From a virus, in the IMG/VR virus record IMGVR_UViG_3300024346_010589, positions 1 through 64,000 of that record: a stretch of 64,000 nt of DNA; one strand, 5' to 3'. The notes beneath the pieces were generated by a model. That model was not told the origin of the DNA. It did no database searches and was given only the letters and a program-made list of their open reading frames with translations. Of this stretch, positions 9,819-19,678 are shown in pieces. Positions within the stretch are counted from its first letter, which is position 1; each line of letters starts with the position of its first letter. Both the position numbers and the translations under genes were made by a program.

Positions 9819-10602
9819 AGGTGATATAATTTTTAAAGACAGGATAATTTTTATCGAATTTTTCTGATTGCTTTTCGCCTTGAATGTCAAGCCCTGATTT
9901 AATTCTAAACTTAACAATATCGATATTTTGTAACAATTCGTCAACCCATTCTTCTCCATTGTGGGCGAAGCTTTTTAATTTAACGATTAAATCTTCAGGT
10001 TTCATGAACCAAGACGCATGCCAGCCAGATAATTCCTGTTTCTTGATCGGCTGGGAGAATTTAGGATGATCCCATCGCCAACCGCATTGCATACCCCTCC
10101 AGTGGGGCATTCTTTTTTGAAGCTCCCTCCAGTAGGAGAAAATAATACTGTGATGTTGCCATGCTCCTAGGTAGCAATCCCAGGATACGTTAAACCAATG
10201 AGGCTGGACAAGCAAGACTGTGTCTTTGGGTAACTCGTTTTTGTAGTTAGTGATTAATTCTGTGTCTATAATTTCATCTAGATCACAAAAAGAAACGATA
10301 TCGTCGTCGTTTAAGTTTAGCAATGAGACTCCTTTTAGTAATACCTCATATCTTTGAGTATATTCCCTACTCCAATTGTCTTTCCCCCTGGTGTCGCTTT
10401 TTACATGAACAATCTTGTCGGAAAATTTAGAAAACATTTGTTTGTTCTCCTCAAAGTAAAGTGGTTTTTTATTGCCGCTAAATGTCCAGCAGTTTTCGTA
10501 AATCACAAACTTATCTACATAATCATTTAATTCATGCAGCCTAAAATTAAGAACATCGAGCTCATTGTTAAACATAAAAGCATCTATAACCTGAGGCTTC
10601 AT
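9811..10602 (-). CDS. GT17-like (beta-1,4-GlcNAc transferase family) glycosyltransferase
   Basis: DAFMFNNELDVLNFRLHEL..VDKFVI.E, TFSG.KKPL, DLDEI, GWH.SW...KLKSFAH. Confidence 0.8.
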   Translation of the reverse strand: MKPQVIDAFMFNNELDVLNFRLHELNDYVDKFVIYENCWTFSGNKKPLYFEENKQMFSKFSDKIVHVKSDTRGKDNWSREYTQRYEVLLKGVSLLNLNDDDIVSFCDLDEIIDTELITNYKNELPKDTVLLVQPHWFNVSWDCYLGAWQHHSIIFSYWRELQKRMPHWRGMQCGWRWDHPKFSQPIKKQELSGWHASWFMKPEDLIVKLKSFAHNGEEWVDELLQNIDIVKFRIKSGLDIQGEKQSEKFDKNYPVFKNYITYD

Positions 10603-11330
10603 GACCATTTTTGGTTGAAATAACTTTTACCTATTGACCGAGTTTCGTCTCTATTGATCGTCTCATGATCAAGATGATACCCAATACAATTAGTATTAAG
10701 GATGGTATCATGCCCATCTAGTTGAGCTCGTCGGGCAAAATCAAAATCCTCTCCGCCCCAACCTTTAAACTCTTCATCTAGCCCTCCGAGTTTTTTAAAA
10801 ATATCAGCAGGGCAAGACCAGTTGCCGCCATACATGTATCGCGGAGGTATCTTTTTGCCGTGATGTAATTGTGGTTTTTTGAGCCCAGAAATATAATCCT
10901 TTCTTCTATCCTCTGTCGCTATTAAATCTATCGACCAAAAGTTGTGCCGTATTTTTTCTTTTGTTATAGATTTTACATAATCAATTGGTATTGATGGGTA
11001 ACTGCCAGCAATTAAATAGTTATTAAATTTTGAATGCTCCTCTATTCTTTTGGGGTGAGATATAATATCTGAATTGCCAAAAATGAATCTATCTCCTGTA
11101 GCTAATTCGGCACCGCGATTCCAAATATATGCAAGCCTATAGCCTTCATTGGGGCGGCTAAAATATTGTATTCCTTCTTTTTCTAAATATTCTATGGTGC
11201 CATCTGTTGAGCCATCATCTGCTATAATAATCTCAAAGTCTTTTTCTGTTTGATGGCGCAGGCTTTCAATGCTTAACTCGAGTGCGGATAGGTTATTGTA
11301 AGAAGACAAGATGATTGAGGCTTTAAGCAT
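10599..11330 (-). CDS. GT2 family glycosyltransferase (GT7C-like C-terminus)
   Basis: SIILSSYN, EIIIADDGSTD, GGLDEEFKGWGGEDFD. Confidence 0.85.
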   Translation of the reverse strand: MLKASIILSSYNNLSALELSIESLRHQTEKDFEIIIADDGSTDGTIEYLEKEGIQYFSRPNEGYRLAYIWNRGAELATGDRFIFGNSDIISHPKRIEEHSKFNNYLIAGSYPSIPIDYVKSITKEKIRHNFWSIDLIATEDRRKDYISGLKKPQLHHGKKIPPRYMYGGNWSCPADIFKKLGGLDEEFKGWGGEDFDFARRAQLDGHDTILNTNCIGYHLDHETINRDETRSIGKSYFNQKWS

Positions 11331-11982
11331 AACTAACACTTTCCCCTGTTTTATTTTTATTCCATTTCTTTAAATTATATTGCTCGCCCCATTTTCTGCC
11401 AGCATCTTCGAATACGCCGTTGAAGTTAATTCGGTTTACATCCTTTAGGTGGCTCGAATCTTCTGATCTAGTTTTTTTGTGGTGATTAATCAACAGCTGC
11501 TCTGGATCAATTGAAGTCTCTGAAGCAGCAAAAGGTTCGTATACGTTTTTTACAAAGAAATCTTTGCTCCACATAGTTGGGTTAAATGAGAATTCAAAAA
11601 AGTGATGAAAGTGAAAGCCAATATATTCATAATCACTATCTATTAATTCGCGCATGTTAAATGGAATAAGTAGATCCCAATCATCTTCAAGCCACATTAC
11701 GTAACCATCAAGATTGTCTAGTTCATTATGCGCAGAACTGATCACGCGTTTTGCCGCCGAATAAAAACAGGCTTTGTCTGAAATATGCAAGTCTTGGGAG
11801 CCCCCATTGAAAGATTTTAAGTTATTTGTGGCTTCTTCTGTTTTTTTAAACGGAGAATCTAAGTTAATAAACCATTTATAACTGACACCCTGATCTTCCA
11901 ATATTTTTAAAAAAGGCGGCAGCGTTTGATTGTGTAAATCAGGCCTATCAATTGCGGTAGTTAATATATATAAGTTATACAT
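11323..11982 (-). CDS. putative GT-A glycosyltransferase
   Basis: TTAIDRP, VMWLEDDW, SFNP, DPE, DAGR motifs. Confidence 0.55.
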   Translation of the reverse strand: MYNLYILTTAIDRPDLHNQTLPPFLKILEDQGVSYKWFINLDSPFKKTEEATNNLKSFNGGSQDLHISDKACFYSAAKRVISSAHNELDNLDGYVMWLEDDWDLLIPFNMRELIDSDYEYIGFHFHHFFEFSFNPTMWSKDFFVKNVYEPFAASETSIDPEQLLINHHKKTRSEDSSHLKDVNRINFNGVFEDAGRKWGEQYNLKKWNKNKTGESVSYA

Positions 11983-11990
11983 TATCAGTA

Positions 11991-12848
11991 TTATTTAATC
12001 CATTCTCCCCTACGATATTGTAAGACTTCTGTGACCCCACCCCTATATAGACACATTGCATGAGAAACGTGAGACGTGTTAATTATAATACTTTTCAATT
12101 GAGAAAACAAGCAAACAACAGAAAGCATATATTTAGAATTTTCGGTTTGACCTGTGTTGGAAAGGCGAAGCTCTTTATGTACGCCATCTCCTGTTCTGCT
12201 AACTTGAAGTTCTTGTATCATTACTGAATTATTGATGGAAGCTAAAAAAAGATCCTTGAAGTCTGGGTCGTCTGTTTGCAGGAGCACTTTGCTGTATTCT
12301 CCTTTTGCGAGAGCCTCAAGGGTTTTTTCGATATATTCTTTGTGTGATGGTAGTTGCTCTTCTTTTGCTTTGTCAGTGCCCCTGTAGTAAACGCCTAGGG
12401 TGTTTTTAACATCTATTTTGTATTTTTCAATTAAACTAAATGTTAAGGATTTAATCTCAAAACTGGGAGAAAAGTATTTTTCCCACAAAGGGCGTATTGC
12501 TTCGAAGTTTTGCTCTCTATAAGGTCTGGAGGCAAAAATTATAGGAACCTTAAATCGGTTTAATCCTGGATCAGAGTACACGGATAGGAGTTCGTGGACA
12601 TTTATAGATTCATTAATGCAAAAAAACATATCGTATAAATCTTTGGACTCTTCGCAGGACATTGATATGCCGTCGTCTATATTCACGGAGTATGGTAATA
12701 TCTTGCATGAATTATAAGCCAAAACTATACTATTTAATGCCGAAAAAGTACATGCAAAAAAACCACCCTTATGATGATCTATTAAACTATAAGAGTAAAC
12801 ATCCTTGCAGGAGTAAAAGCCCTTCCAGTAGGAATTAAGAATAGTCAC
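11991..12848 (-). CDS. fucosyltransferase-like (NodZ/O-FucT clan)
   Basis: GGFFA near N-terminus, LGVYYRGTDK, LLQTDD, SHVS motifs; paralog of 7778-8545. Confidence 0.7.
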   Translation of the reverse strand: MTILNSYWKGFYSCKDVYSYSLIDHHKGGFFACTFSALNSIVLAYNSCKILPYSVNIDDGISMSCEESKDLYDMFFCINESINVHELLSVYSDPGLNRFKVPIIFASRPYREQNFEAIRPLWEKYFSPSFEIKSLTFSLIEKYKIDVKNTLGVYYRGTDKAKEEQLPSHKEYIEKTLEALAKGEYSKVLLQTDDPDFKDLFLASINNSVMIQELQVSRTGDGVHKELRLSNTGQTENSKYMLSVVCLFSQLKSIIINTSHVSHAMCLYRGGVTEVLQYRRGEWIK

Positions 12849-13585
12849 GGATTAAAACCCCTCATGTGGAAAATTTTAGTTTTTGAAAAGTCCCAGTTGT
12901 CATCTTTTAGTGATTGATATTGAGCGTTGCGGCAGTTCCATATCCTCGAGTCAAGTATGTCGAACGACACTGACTTGGATAAATTTATTAAATCTACAAT
13001 TCTTTTTGGTTTGCCATCTGCAGGTTTATACAACAACCTATAGAGATTATTAAAGTGTCCTTGGTCGTCTGGGGTTTTGTTGTGCGGGGAGCTGCCGGAA
13101 TGAATCGCTTTATATTTAGTCTTGCTCATGGATTCATACCACTCTTTCACGAATTTATTAACGCTGGTAGATTTTCCATTAAAAGCAATTACGCCAGTAT
13201 TGCGTGTTTCAGGGTTAAGGAATTCACTACTAACGCATATGTCGAAAGAATCAAGCCTTAAGAATAATTCCGAAATATCTTGAGAGACATAAGTATCGCA
13301 ATCCAGGAAGAGAGTTTTGTCGTATGGAGAATTAAGCATGCCAAGAACTTTAGGCAAGAAACCATAATCGTTATTGATCTCGATCACCTCGTAGCCCTCC
13401 GGTGAGGAAATGATTTCTTTGTAGTCGGAGAAGACGGTTATTGGTAGTTCCGGATTAGAGCGACGTAACGAATTTATAGAGCGAAGAACGTCGGCTAAAA
13501 TTGATTTTTTTGAACTGTTAAACTTAGCTGGAGAGGGTGAGGTGTTAGGGTCTACAGCAACGTAAATTACTCCTTTATCATTCAC
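12845..13585 (-). CDS. GT8-like glycosyltransferase
   Basis: KGVIYVA, SPYDKTLFLDCDT, NTGVI, DQ, KIFH. Confidence 0.7.
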   Translation of the reverse strand: MNDKGVIYVAVDPNTSPSPAKFNSSKKSILADVLRSINSLRRSNPELPITVFSDYKEIISSPEGYEVIEINNDYGFLPKVLGMLNSPYDKTLFLDCDTYVSQDISELFLRLDSFDICVSSEFLNPETRNTGVIAFNGKSTSVNKFVKEWYESMSKTKYKAIHSGSSPHNKTPDDQGHFNNLYRLLYKPADGKPKRIVDLINLSKSVSFDILDSRIWNCRNAQYQSLKDDNWDFSKTKIFHMRGFNP

Positions 13586-15308
13586 TCTTCTTCTTTATTT
13601 GAGCGTATTTATTAGAATAGAAGTCACTAATAGCTTCGTCTAGATCGGCAGGCTTAGCCAAAGGATTCTTGTACATTGATATCTCTCTAATAAGTAGTTC
13701 GGAAATATGAAGAGACAATAAAAATGGGGAATTTTCTTCGTAGAATCTCTTGAATTTAGGGTTGCCGTTGTTGATTAATATGGTAAAATCAGATATATCA
13801 TCAACCTTGGACATTGATTTAGATTCTTCCTCTCCAAAATCAATAATTCTATATCTTAGTCTTTTTGATTGTTTTAATTTTTGGTTTTTATACTTGTTCC
13901 ACAGTGGAGGGACGTTGTCTTCGGGCTTAGGCTCCTCATCTTCTTCTGGTTCTGGTTCGAGCTCTTCTTCTGGTTCTGGCTCAAAAACCCATTCTTTATC
14001 AATTGTGAGCTCTGCAAATTTCTCTAACTCTTTTCTTTCTTCTTCTTCTTTCTTTTCTTCCTCAGTAAGCTCTTCTGGTTCTTCGTCATCCTCCTCTTCT
14101 TCAGTGTCCCATAAATCAGAAAAGTCTTCGTCTTCAAAATATTCAGCAAGCATGCTTGATACCTCGTTAGCAAGAGCGTCAAGGATATTCATTTTTTCTT
14201 CGGAGTTCAATTTAATATATTCAACGATCCACTCGAGTAGAACTTTATAAACTCTTTCGTAAAAAGGGTTGGTTATGGGGTGGTCACTCCTTAACCCATG
14301 ATGAGAGAGATCTTTGGCTGGCATTCCAGTACTATCCATAACTTCAGAGAGGTCGTCGCAAGAAATAAAACCAATCAACTTATTAAACACATCATAAATT
14401 TTATCCTTATCTTTTATTTCTTCTTTGTTTTTTTCTTCCAACCATTCTAGTGTTGATTCTAGTAAGTCTTGGTCGGACAAGTTAAGCGAGCAGATTTTAA
14501 CCTTTGATATTATTTCAATGTTTTTGAGTGGGTGGTTTTTAATTAAGCCACGATTATAAATTAATGATAATCTAAATTCGATATTACTGGTGCGCTTTTC
14601 TCCGTAGTAGTCGTATTCAAATTCACGCCTAATAATAGGAACATTAGAGCCAGGAAGTTTGTATGAAAAGTCTAAACTTTCCCCATTAAGGATTAGGTCG
14701 AATTTCTTACCTTCTTTTTCAAGCTGCGGCAAAAGAAAGCCAAAGAAAGTGCAAAGCTCATTTTTAATTTGACCAGAAGGCCAGCCCTCTTTTTGTATAT
14801 GGTCTTTTAGGGTTGCAATAGTTATCTTTGTTCCAGACTCTGTGAGTATAGAGCATTCTTCTGGGCTTATTTCAGTAAGCTCAGGAGAGTAATCGTTCAA
14901 AAATTCGACGCCAGAAGGCTTGTATTCAACAATAAAGCATTTGCCGTGGATATTCTTTGTTTCAATGATCCAATGTATATCAATCTCGTTGGAGAGTTTG
15001 TCGTTTGCGAGTTTACCACCTATTCCCATTTGACCAAGCTTCACGCCTTTACCACCAGTCATGTCGTAGGAATTTCCAAAGACAAAGTATTTCTCAAAAC
15101 CGCTCATGCCGTTTTCATCTTTTTCATGATCAAACCCTTGGCCGTCGTCGATTATAGTTGCGCATGTATCGTTAAAATCAATACGGCAAAATGTAGAGAA
15201 ATTTTGTATCGAGTTTTTTACAAGCTCAGTAAAGGCTTGAGGTATGTTTACTGTTGATTGAAGCAAGCGACTAAGGTTTGCTCCTGTTTGTATTTTTATT
15301 TGTTCCAT
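13578..15308 (-). CDS. GHKL (HATPase_c, MORC/Hsp90-like) ATPase with long acidic linker
   Basis: Bergerat motifs ELVKNS, DDGQGF, GQMGIGGKLA, GTKITI; Glu/Asp/Pro tract near residues 390-465. Confidence 0.8.
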   Translation of the reverse strand: MEQIKIQTGANLSRLLQSTVNIPQAFTELVKNSIQNFSTFCRIDFNDTCATIIDDGQGFDHEKDENGMSGFEKYFVFGNSYDMTGGKGVKLGQMGIGGKLANDKLSNEIDIHWIIETKNIHGKCFIVEYKPSGVEFLNDYSPELTEISPEECSILTESGTKITIATLKDHIQKEGWPSGQIKNELCTFFGFLLPQLEKEGKKFDLILNGESLDFSYKLPGSNVPIIRREFEYDYYGEKRTSNIEFRLSLIYNRGLIKNHPLKNIEIISKVKICSLNLSDQDLLESTLEWLEEKNKEEIKDKDKIYDVFNKLIGFISCDDLSEVMDSTGMPAKDLSHHGLRSDHPITNPFYERVYKVLLEWIVEYIKLNSEEKMNILDALANEVSSMLAEYFEDEDFSDLWDTEEEEDDEEPEELTEEEKKEEEERKELEKFAELTIDKEWVFEPEPEEELEPEPEEDEEPKPEDNVPPLWNKYKNQKLKQSKRLRYRIIDFGEEESKSMSKVDDISDFTILINNGNPKFKRFYEENSPFLLSLHISELLIREISMYKNPLAKPADLDEAISDFYSNKYAQIKKKSE

Positions 15309-15314
15309 GATATA

Positions 15315-15785
15315 TTATACACTATATAGAAGTTCTGTTCTGTTTTGTTTTATAAGTTTAGCTTTATCCTTCATGAATAATTCTATGTCTTTTTTGTTTT
15401 GTTTAAAGTCTTTTGTTTTAACTGGGTTGATAGCTATACAGAAATGTTTGATTGTATACTTGGAAAAATCGATAGACTCTAAAACTTCAAGCGAGATGTC
15501 AGGGTCAAGTATTGATAAGAAGTCAATAGATGTTGATGAATCGCATAGAGATTTGTAAACTTTATGCCCCAAATACTTTTCCCCAACAAATACGTTTGAG
15601 TCTTTTGTGTTTTTGAATGGGCTAATTTCGACACATGTCAAATGTTTTGCAAAGTTTGTTTTGCGCAAAAACCAACGATCACTTAACCATTTACTTGTTG
15701 AATTGACAACTTCACCGCTATAAAGCTTTATTAAATTAATAATATGCTTATTCGGGCCTTCAAGATGTGAGATTAAATTTTCCAT
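15315..15785 (-). CDS. degenerate FkbM-like methyltransferase / hypothetical
   Basis: IDFLSI...LEVLESIDFSKYTIK resembles the FkbM C-terminal motif. Confidence 0.4.
   Translation of the reverse strand: MENLISHLEGPNKHIINLIKLYSGEVVNSTSKWLSDRWFLRKTNFAKHLTCVEISPFKNTKDSNVFVGEKYLGHKVYKSLCDSSTSIDFLSILDPDISLEVLESIDFSKYTIKHFCIAINPVKTKDFKQNKKDIELFMKDKAKLIKQNRTELLYSV
15318..15322 (-). promoter_or_regulatory. GTGTA motif, 9 nt before ATG 15308
   Basis: GTGTATAATATATCATG. Confidence 0.6.
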
Positions 15786-16498
15786 AGTCCTCTATCTATA
15801 AATGATTGTTTTTTATGCTCAGCTTCTTTTCTTGTGTTTGGATGCCAGACGTATGTTTCTTCTTCTATTGGGCCGCGCTTAACTAGAGGCTTTGATAGCC
15901 CAAGCAATGAGACGTTTAAGTCATTGGTAATGATTAGCTCATCTCCATTGTCGAGCGGGCTAATTGATGGATTATTACTCAATAAGAATTCATTGAAGTT
16001 TTTTTGATCTGACCCTTTGATTTCTCTTGTGTTTAGAAACCTGTCAAGGTAATTAACTGTTTCATTATTGCTTCGAAAGAATATCCAGCCCATGCAGCAT
16101 GTGAACCCAAAAGCTTCTGCAACTTCAGGGGGGAATGCTCCGCTATGCCTAACGGTTGACATTATGATGTCTTGATTGTTGGCCTCTATTAAATTAGGTA
16201 TAGGGTTTTTGAGCCAAAGCGCATCAGTATCTGAATGAATAATGTCATAACCTTCTTCTAGGTACTTTTTAAATATCAAAATACGGCGCATGGTATGCTT
16301 GCAGCCAGAAATCCAATCATCATTAAATTCATCTAGAACTCTTGAGTGACAACCATGAAATTTCAAGTATTCATCGGATTCAGCGTCAAGACATAAAACT
16401 TCATAATTATCTATAGATAAAGCTTCTAAATGTTTGACCCAATTTAGAGCTATTTCCCTATAAGGGTAATTGCAAAATGATATAATTTTAAGGTTCAT
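15773..16498 (-). CDS. nucleotide-diphospho-sugar transferase (GT77-like)
   Basis: ALNW..HL, CLD, HSDTDALWLKNP, CMGW, SDQKNFN; start at MNLK (ATGA coupling). Confidence 0.75.
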   Translation of the reverse strand: MNLKIISFCNYPYREIALNWVKHLEALSIDNYEVLCLDAESDEYLKFHGCHSRVLDEFNDDWISGCKHTMRRILIFKKYLEEGYDIIHSDTDALWLKNPIPNLIEANNQDIIMSTVRHSGAFPPEVAEAFGFTCCMGWIFFRSNNETVNYLDRFLNTREIKGSDQKNFNEFLLSNNPSISPLDNGDELIITNDLNVSLLGLSKPLVKRGPIEEETYVWHPNTRKEAEHKKQSFIDRGLWKI

Positions 16499-17376
16499 CT
16501 TTCGTCCCATGTAAATAAATCTAAACCTAATATATCTTCTTCTGAATCGATGAAGTTTTGTTTTGTTTGCGGCTTTGCTATAAAATCATAATCTTTTAAA
16601 TACTGGGTCTTTTCAGCCATTGATTTGTCTTCTGTGTATTCCATTTTTTGTTTGCCGTGGTGTTCTATTGAAATTTTTGCATTTTTATTAACTTTATAAT
16701 GATAGAAGCAAAGTTCTTCTTGACTTATATTTACACTAGTTTTGTTTTTACTGGGAGGGAAGTGGGGCGAGTTTTTGTATATCAAGTTTGCGTTTTGAGC
16801 ATTGAATATATATTTAGGGCCAACCCTTGAGAATTCATCTAAGCATTTTGTCTTCTGCGCCACCAAGTCGCCGACATGAATAAACACAGATTCAAAAAAC
16901 TTACAACCTAATAACGAAATATCTTGTTTGTTTTTATCTAAAAAACTTGTAATGTTGTCGTGTTTGTCGCTATAATAAAATTCATCACAATCTATGGTTG
17001 ATACTCTATCGTATTTTTTAGCATAATTTTTATAAAAGTGATTGAGAGCGGTGGCTTGCTCGTGAGCATTAATCTGATGATGCTCTAAGTAATTTCCGTT
17101 TTTATTCTTAGGCAGCCATTTAATAAAAGTGCAGTAATCCTTATACCTTTCCCTTATTTTGTCGTAGTATCGGTAGATTTCTTTGTAAGGTATGTCTCCG
17201 ACGATAGGGATGTCTATCTCTCGTTTAGTATCCCTTTGTAAGCAGGGAATCCCTGCATGGGAGCTTTCATAAAAATAAAAATGATCTACGCCGAAATCAA
17301 TATGATACTTCAACCATTCCTCAAAATGAAAAAGATTAGGCCTGAAGAACAAATGAGTGAATATGCAAAATTTCAT
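16495..17376 (-). CDS. GT92/GT2_4-like glycosyltransferase
   Basis: FEEWLKYH...GVDHFYFY, IDCDEF, K.IFN, HHY-like end motifs. Confidence 0.7.
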   Translation of the reverse strand: MKFCIFTHLFFRPNLFHFEEWLKYHIDFGVDHFYFYESSHAGIPCLQRDTKREIDIPIVGDIPYKEIYRYYDKIRERYKDYCTFIKWLPKNKNGNYLEHHQINAHEQATALNHFYKNYAKKYDRVSTIDCDEFYYSDKHDNITSFLDKNKQDISLLGCKFFESVFIHVGDLVAQKTKCLDEFSRVGPKYIFNAQNANLIYKNSPHFPPSKNKTSVNISQEELCFYHYKVNKNAKISIEHHGKQKMEYTEDKSMAEKTQYLKDYDFIAKPQTKQNFIDSEEDILGLDLFTWDER

Positions 17377-18011
17377 TTGTCGTAATTAAATAATTCAAAA
17401 TCTTTTTTGTAATAATTATACATCTTATCTTTTAACTCACTCGACCACATGGCTTCTTTTTTGAACGTCTTTGAATTATATGCATGGGGTAGGTCAAACT
17501 GATTTATGCCAATACTAGACCAAGCCTTATTGAGGTCTTCGTGGAGGTTTTCAAAGCGACCAATAAAATCACAAGTGAATTCAGGCTTTATTGTGTCTGT
17601 GAAATAATGACCGCCATTTAAATGAGGAAAAAATTCAAACTGTGGTAAAGTGTGGTATTCATCATATTCGCTCCATAAGTTTTTATTCTTGTTGCGATAA
17701 TCGAGATTGGTAGTTAGCGAAACATATTCCTCAAATGGTACTGATCTTTCTTTATTGTAAAATGGTAAGCCGCCTTCTTTTTCAAATTTCAACTCGCCCC
17801 ATTTCCATGCAGATACGAAACGGTCATACGGGTTACGAACAACAGAGAATACATAATAGTCGGGGTGCTCGTTTAAGAAATGAGAGAAGCCGCGTTTTCT
17901 TGGAACTTTTTGGGGTATATCTATGTCAGCTCCGGACAAAAGTCTCTCAATTGAAGTGCCAGCAGCTTTAGGGATATGAAGGAAAATGCATTTATACCTG
18001 TGGCTAATCAT
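17373..18011 (-). CDS. carbohydrate sulfotransferase (Sulfotransfer_2)
   Basis: FLHIPKAAGTS, RNPYDRFVSAW, DFIGRFENL, DFELFNY. Confidence 0.85.
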   Translation of the reverse strand: MISHRYKCIFLHIPKAAGTSIERLLSGADIDIPQKVPRKRGFSHFLNEHPDYYVFSVVRNPYDRFVSAWKWGELKFEKEGGLPFYNKERSVPFEEYVSLTTNLDYRNKNKNLWSEYDEYHTLPQFEFFPHLNGGHYFTDTIKPEFTCDFIGRFENLHEDLNKAWSSIGINQFDLPHAYNSKTFKKEAMWSSELKDKMYNYYKKDFELFNYDK

Positions 18012-18875
18012 TTAATAACACTTCTCCTGAAAATTTATATGAAAATTTGGCATGCCTTTGTATACGCAGAACTCATTAAATCGACTAAAGTTCTTGAATA
18101 GAAAATTAGTCTCCTGTAGTAAATAGAAATCAACAAGAGCTTCTTTGGCTATTTTTGTCTTACCGTAAACTTCTTCTAATTTTAACTGCTCCTCCGTTGA
18201 GCCTTCTCCTATTTCGTGGCCGGTGCCGCAACCCGGAGGGGCAAAATACCTATCTATTGAAATAGTATTTGGAAATTGATCCTTGAATATATCCACGAAT
18301 TTGCTCGAATCAGAAGCTATAAAAAATTTATAATCCTTGCAGGATTTCAAAAAAGCACGAGGAGCGTTAAAGAGTATATCGTCGATCTTTTCTTTATAAA
18401 ACAATACGGCATCCTTCATTGGGCGAGCGCCTTCAAATCGACTTTTAACTTCCCCGTTGGACATTCTGGCGTGAACCCCAACCATGTAATTACCTTTGAA
18501 TTTTTCCCGCACTATATCCTTGACGGTATTAGTTACTGATTCACTGGGCTTAATTCGAGAAAACGTGTTGTAGAATAACACGGTATCCTCTTTTGATTTT
18601 AAGGGGTTTTTGATTTTTACAGTTTTATTTGTATGTTTTTCTGAATCTTTTTTTAATTGATCTATAGATTCTTCATTAGTTATAATGTTTATATCGGTAT
18701 CTATAGAGCAGAAGTATTCATTAAATAGGTTTTTTTCACCTTTGCTAGACCAGTGGCCCCGCAAATCTATAAGCATATCTTGCTTTGAATTCTCGCAATG
18801 AATTAATGCATTAGTTAAGTGCCATATGGTGTCGCCCCAGCCAGCATCCCAGGAGAAATAATAATACTTGCTCAT
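18012..18875 (-). CDS. NodZ-like alpha-1,6-fucosyltransferase
   Basis: AGWGD...IDLRG...NLFNEYF, VGVHARMSNGE, FIASDS, ALVDFYLL match the NodZ layout. Confidence 0.7.
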   Translation of the reverse strand: MSKYYYFSWDAGWGDTIWHLTNALIHCENSKQDMLIDLRGHWSSKGEKNLFNEYFCSIDTDINIITNEESIDQLKKDSEKHTNKTVKIKNPLKSKEDTVLFYNTFSRIKPSESVTNTVKDIVREKFKGNYMVGVHARMSNGEVKSRFEGARPMKDAVLFYKEKIDDILFNAPRAFLKSCKDYKFFIASDSSKFVDIFKDQFPNTISIDRYFAPPGCGTGHEIGEGSTEEQLKLEEVYGKTKIAKEALVDFYLLQETNFLFKNFSRFNEFCVYKGMPNFHINFQEKCY

Positions 18876-19678
18876 AATATGATTTTCTCACTGCCATATT
18901 TATTAAACATTTCTTGATAATTTGGTATTTTACCATAGGCTTTTTTGCCGAATACTCTTCTGTCTGTAGATAGGAAGTTCTCTACGTTGTTTTGATCTAT
19001 TTCTATGTCTAGGTAGTTTACGATCTTGTCGAACTGAACTAATCTTTCCTCGTAGGTTGATAAGCCATAAAGATCTTCGTATTTGGAGACGATACTTTCG
19101 GGAGGAAGCAATTCGTGGTAGTGGGGTAGGTATTTTTGATACCACGCTACTCTTCTTTTGATTGGAGCCTCCTCTAGGGAGGTATAGTTAAATGAATCGA
19201 CTAAACCCTTGTTCTCTTTGTTTTCTCCAAGCTGCCACACTTGAACTTGATTGGCAAGCTGCCAGGAAATAGCGGGGTAGAATGCGCTCTCCCTGTACTG
19301 GAAGATTATTTTTATTCCATGAGCTTGGCAGTAGCAGATAAAGTTTTCGTTCCCCTCTTCCGAAGAAGTACACCACACATGCTTGACCCCGTCAAATGTG
19401 CAAAATAATGAGTCTAGGAAATCCCACAGTTTATCGTTATCTTCTGCAATGTTGTTAAACTTATTAAAGTATGGTATGTTTTTGGAGGCAGGCAAGTTGT
19501 CTGGAATCATTTTGTGTTGCTTGATAATTTCAGCATACCTAGGGTTGTGATCAAGATCTCCAGTCAACGAAGAAAGTGGCTCGTGCACAATTCTATCGTT
19601 TTTGTTGAGCGCAGAAATCAGACTAGTTGTTCCAGCCCGTTCCTGACCAAATATAACAAATTTAGAATCCATAACCAA
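18872..19678 (-). CDS. P-loop sulfotransferase (Stf0/NodH-like)
   Basis: FVIFGQERAGTTSL PAPS-binding loop, HEPL, R....AIS, YEDL. Confidence 0.7.
   Translation of the reverse strand: MVMDSKFVIFGQERAGTTSLISALNKNDRIVHEPLSSLTGDLDHNPRYAEIIKQHKMIPDNLPASKNIPYFNKFNNIAEDNDKLWDFLDSLFCTFDGVKHVWCTSSEEGNENFICYCQAHGIKIIFQYRESAFYPAISWQLANQVQVWQLGENKENKGLVDSFNYTSLEEAPIKRRVAWYQKYLPHYHELLPPESIVSKYEDLYGLSTYEERLVQFDKIVNYLDIEIDQNNVENFLSTDRRVFGKKAYGKIPNYQEMFNKYGSEKIIL

Noticed and set aside
9819-9959. N-terminal extension of ORF 9189-9959
   Set aside because: Long overlap with the GT17-like gene; the coupled ATG at 9818 is more plausible
13750-14250. Ser-rich + strand ORF (166 aa)
   Set aside because: Antisense shadow of the Glu-rich tract of the GHKL ATPase
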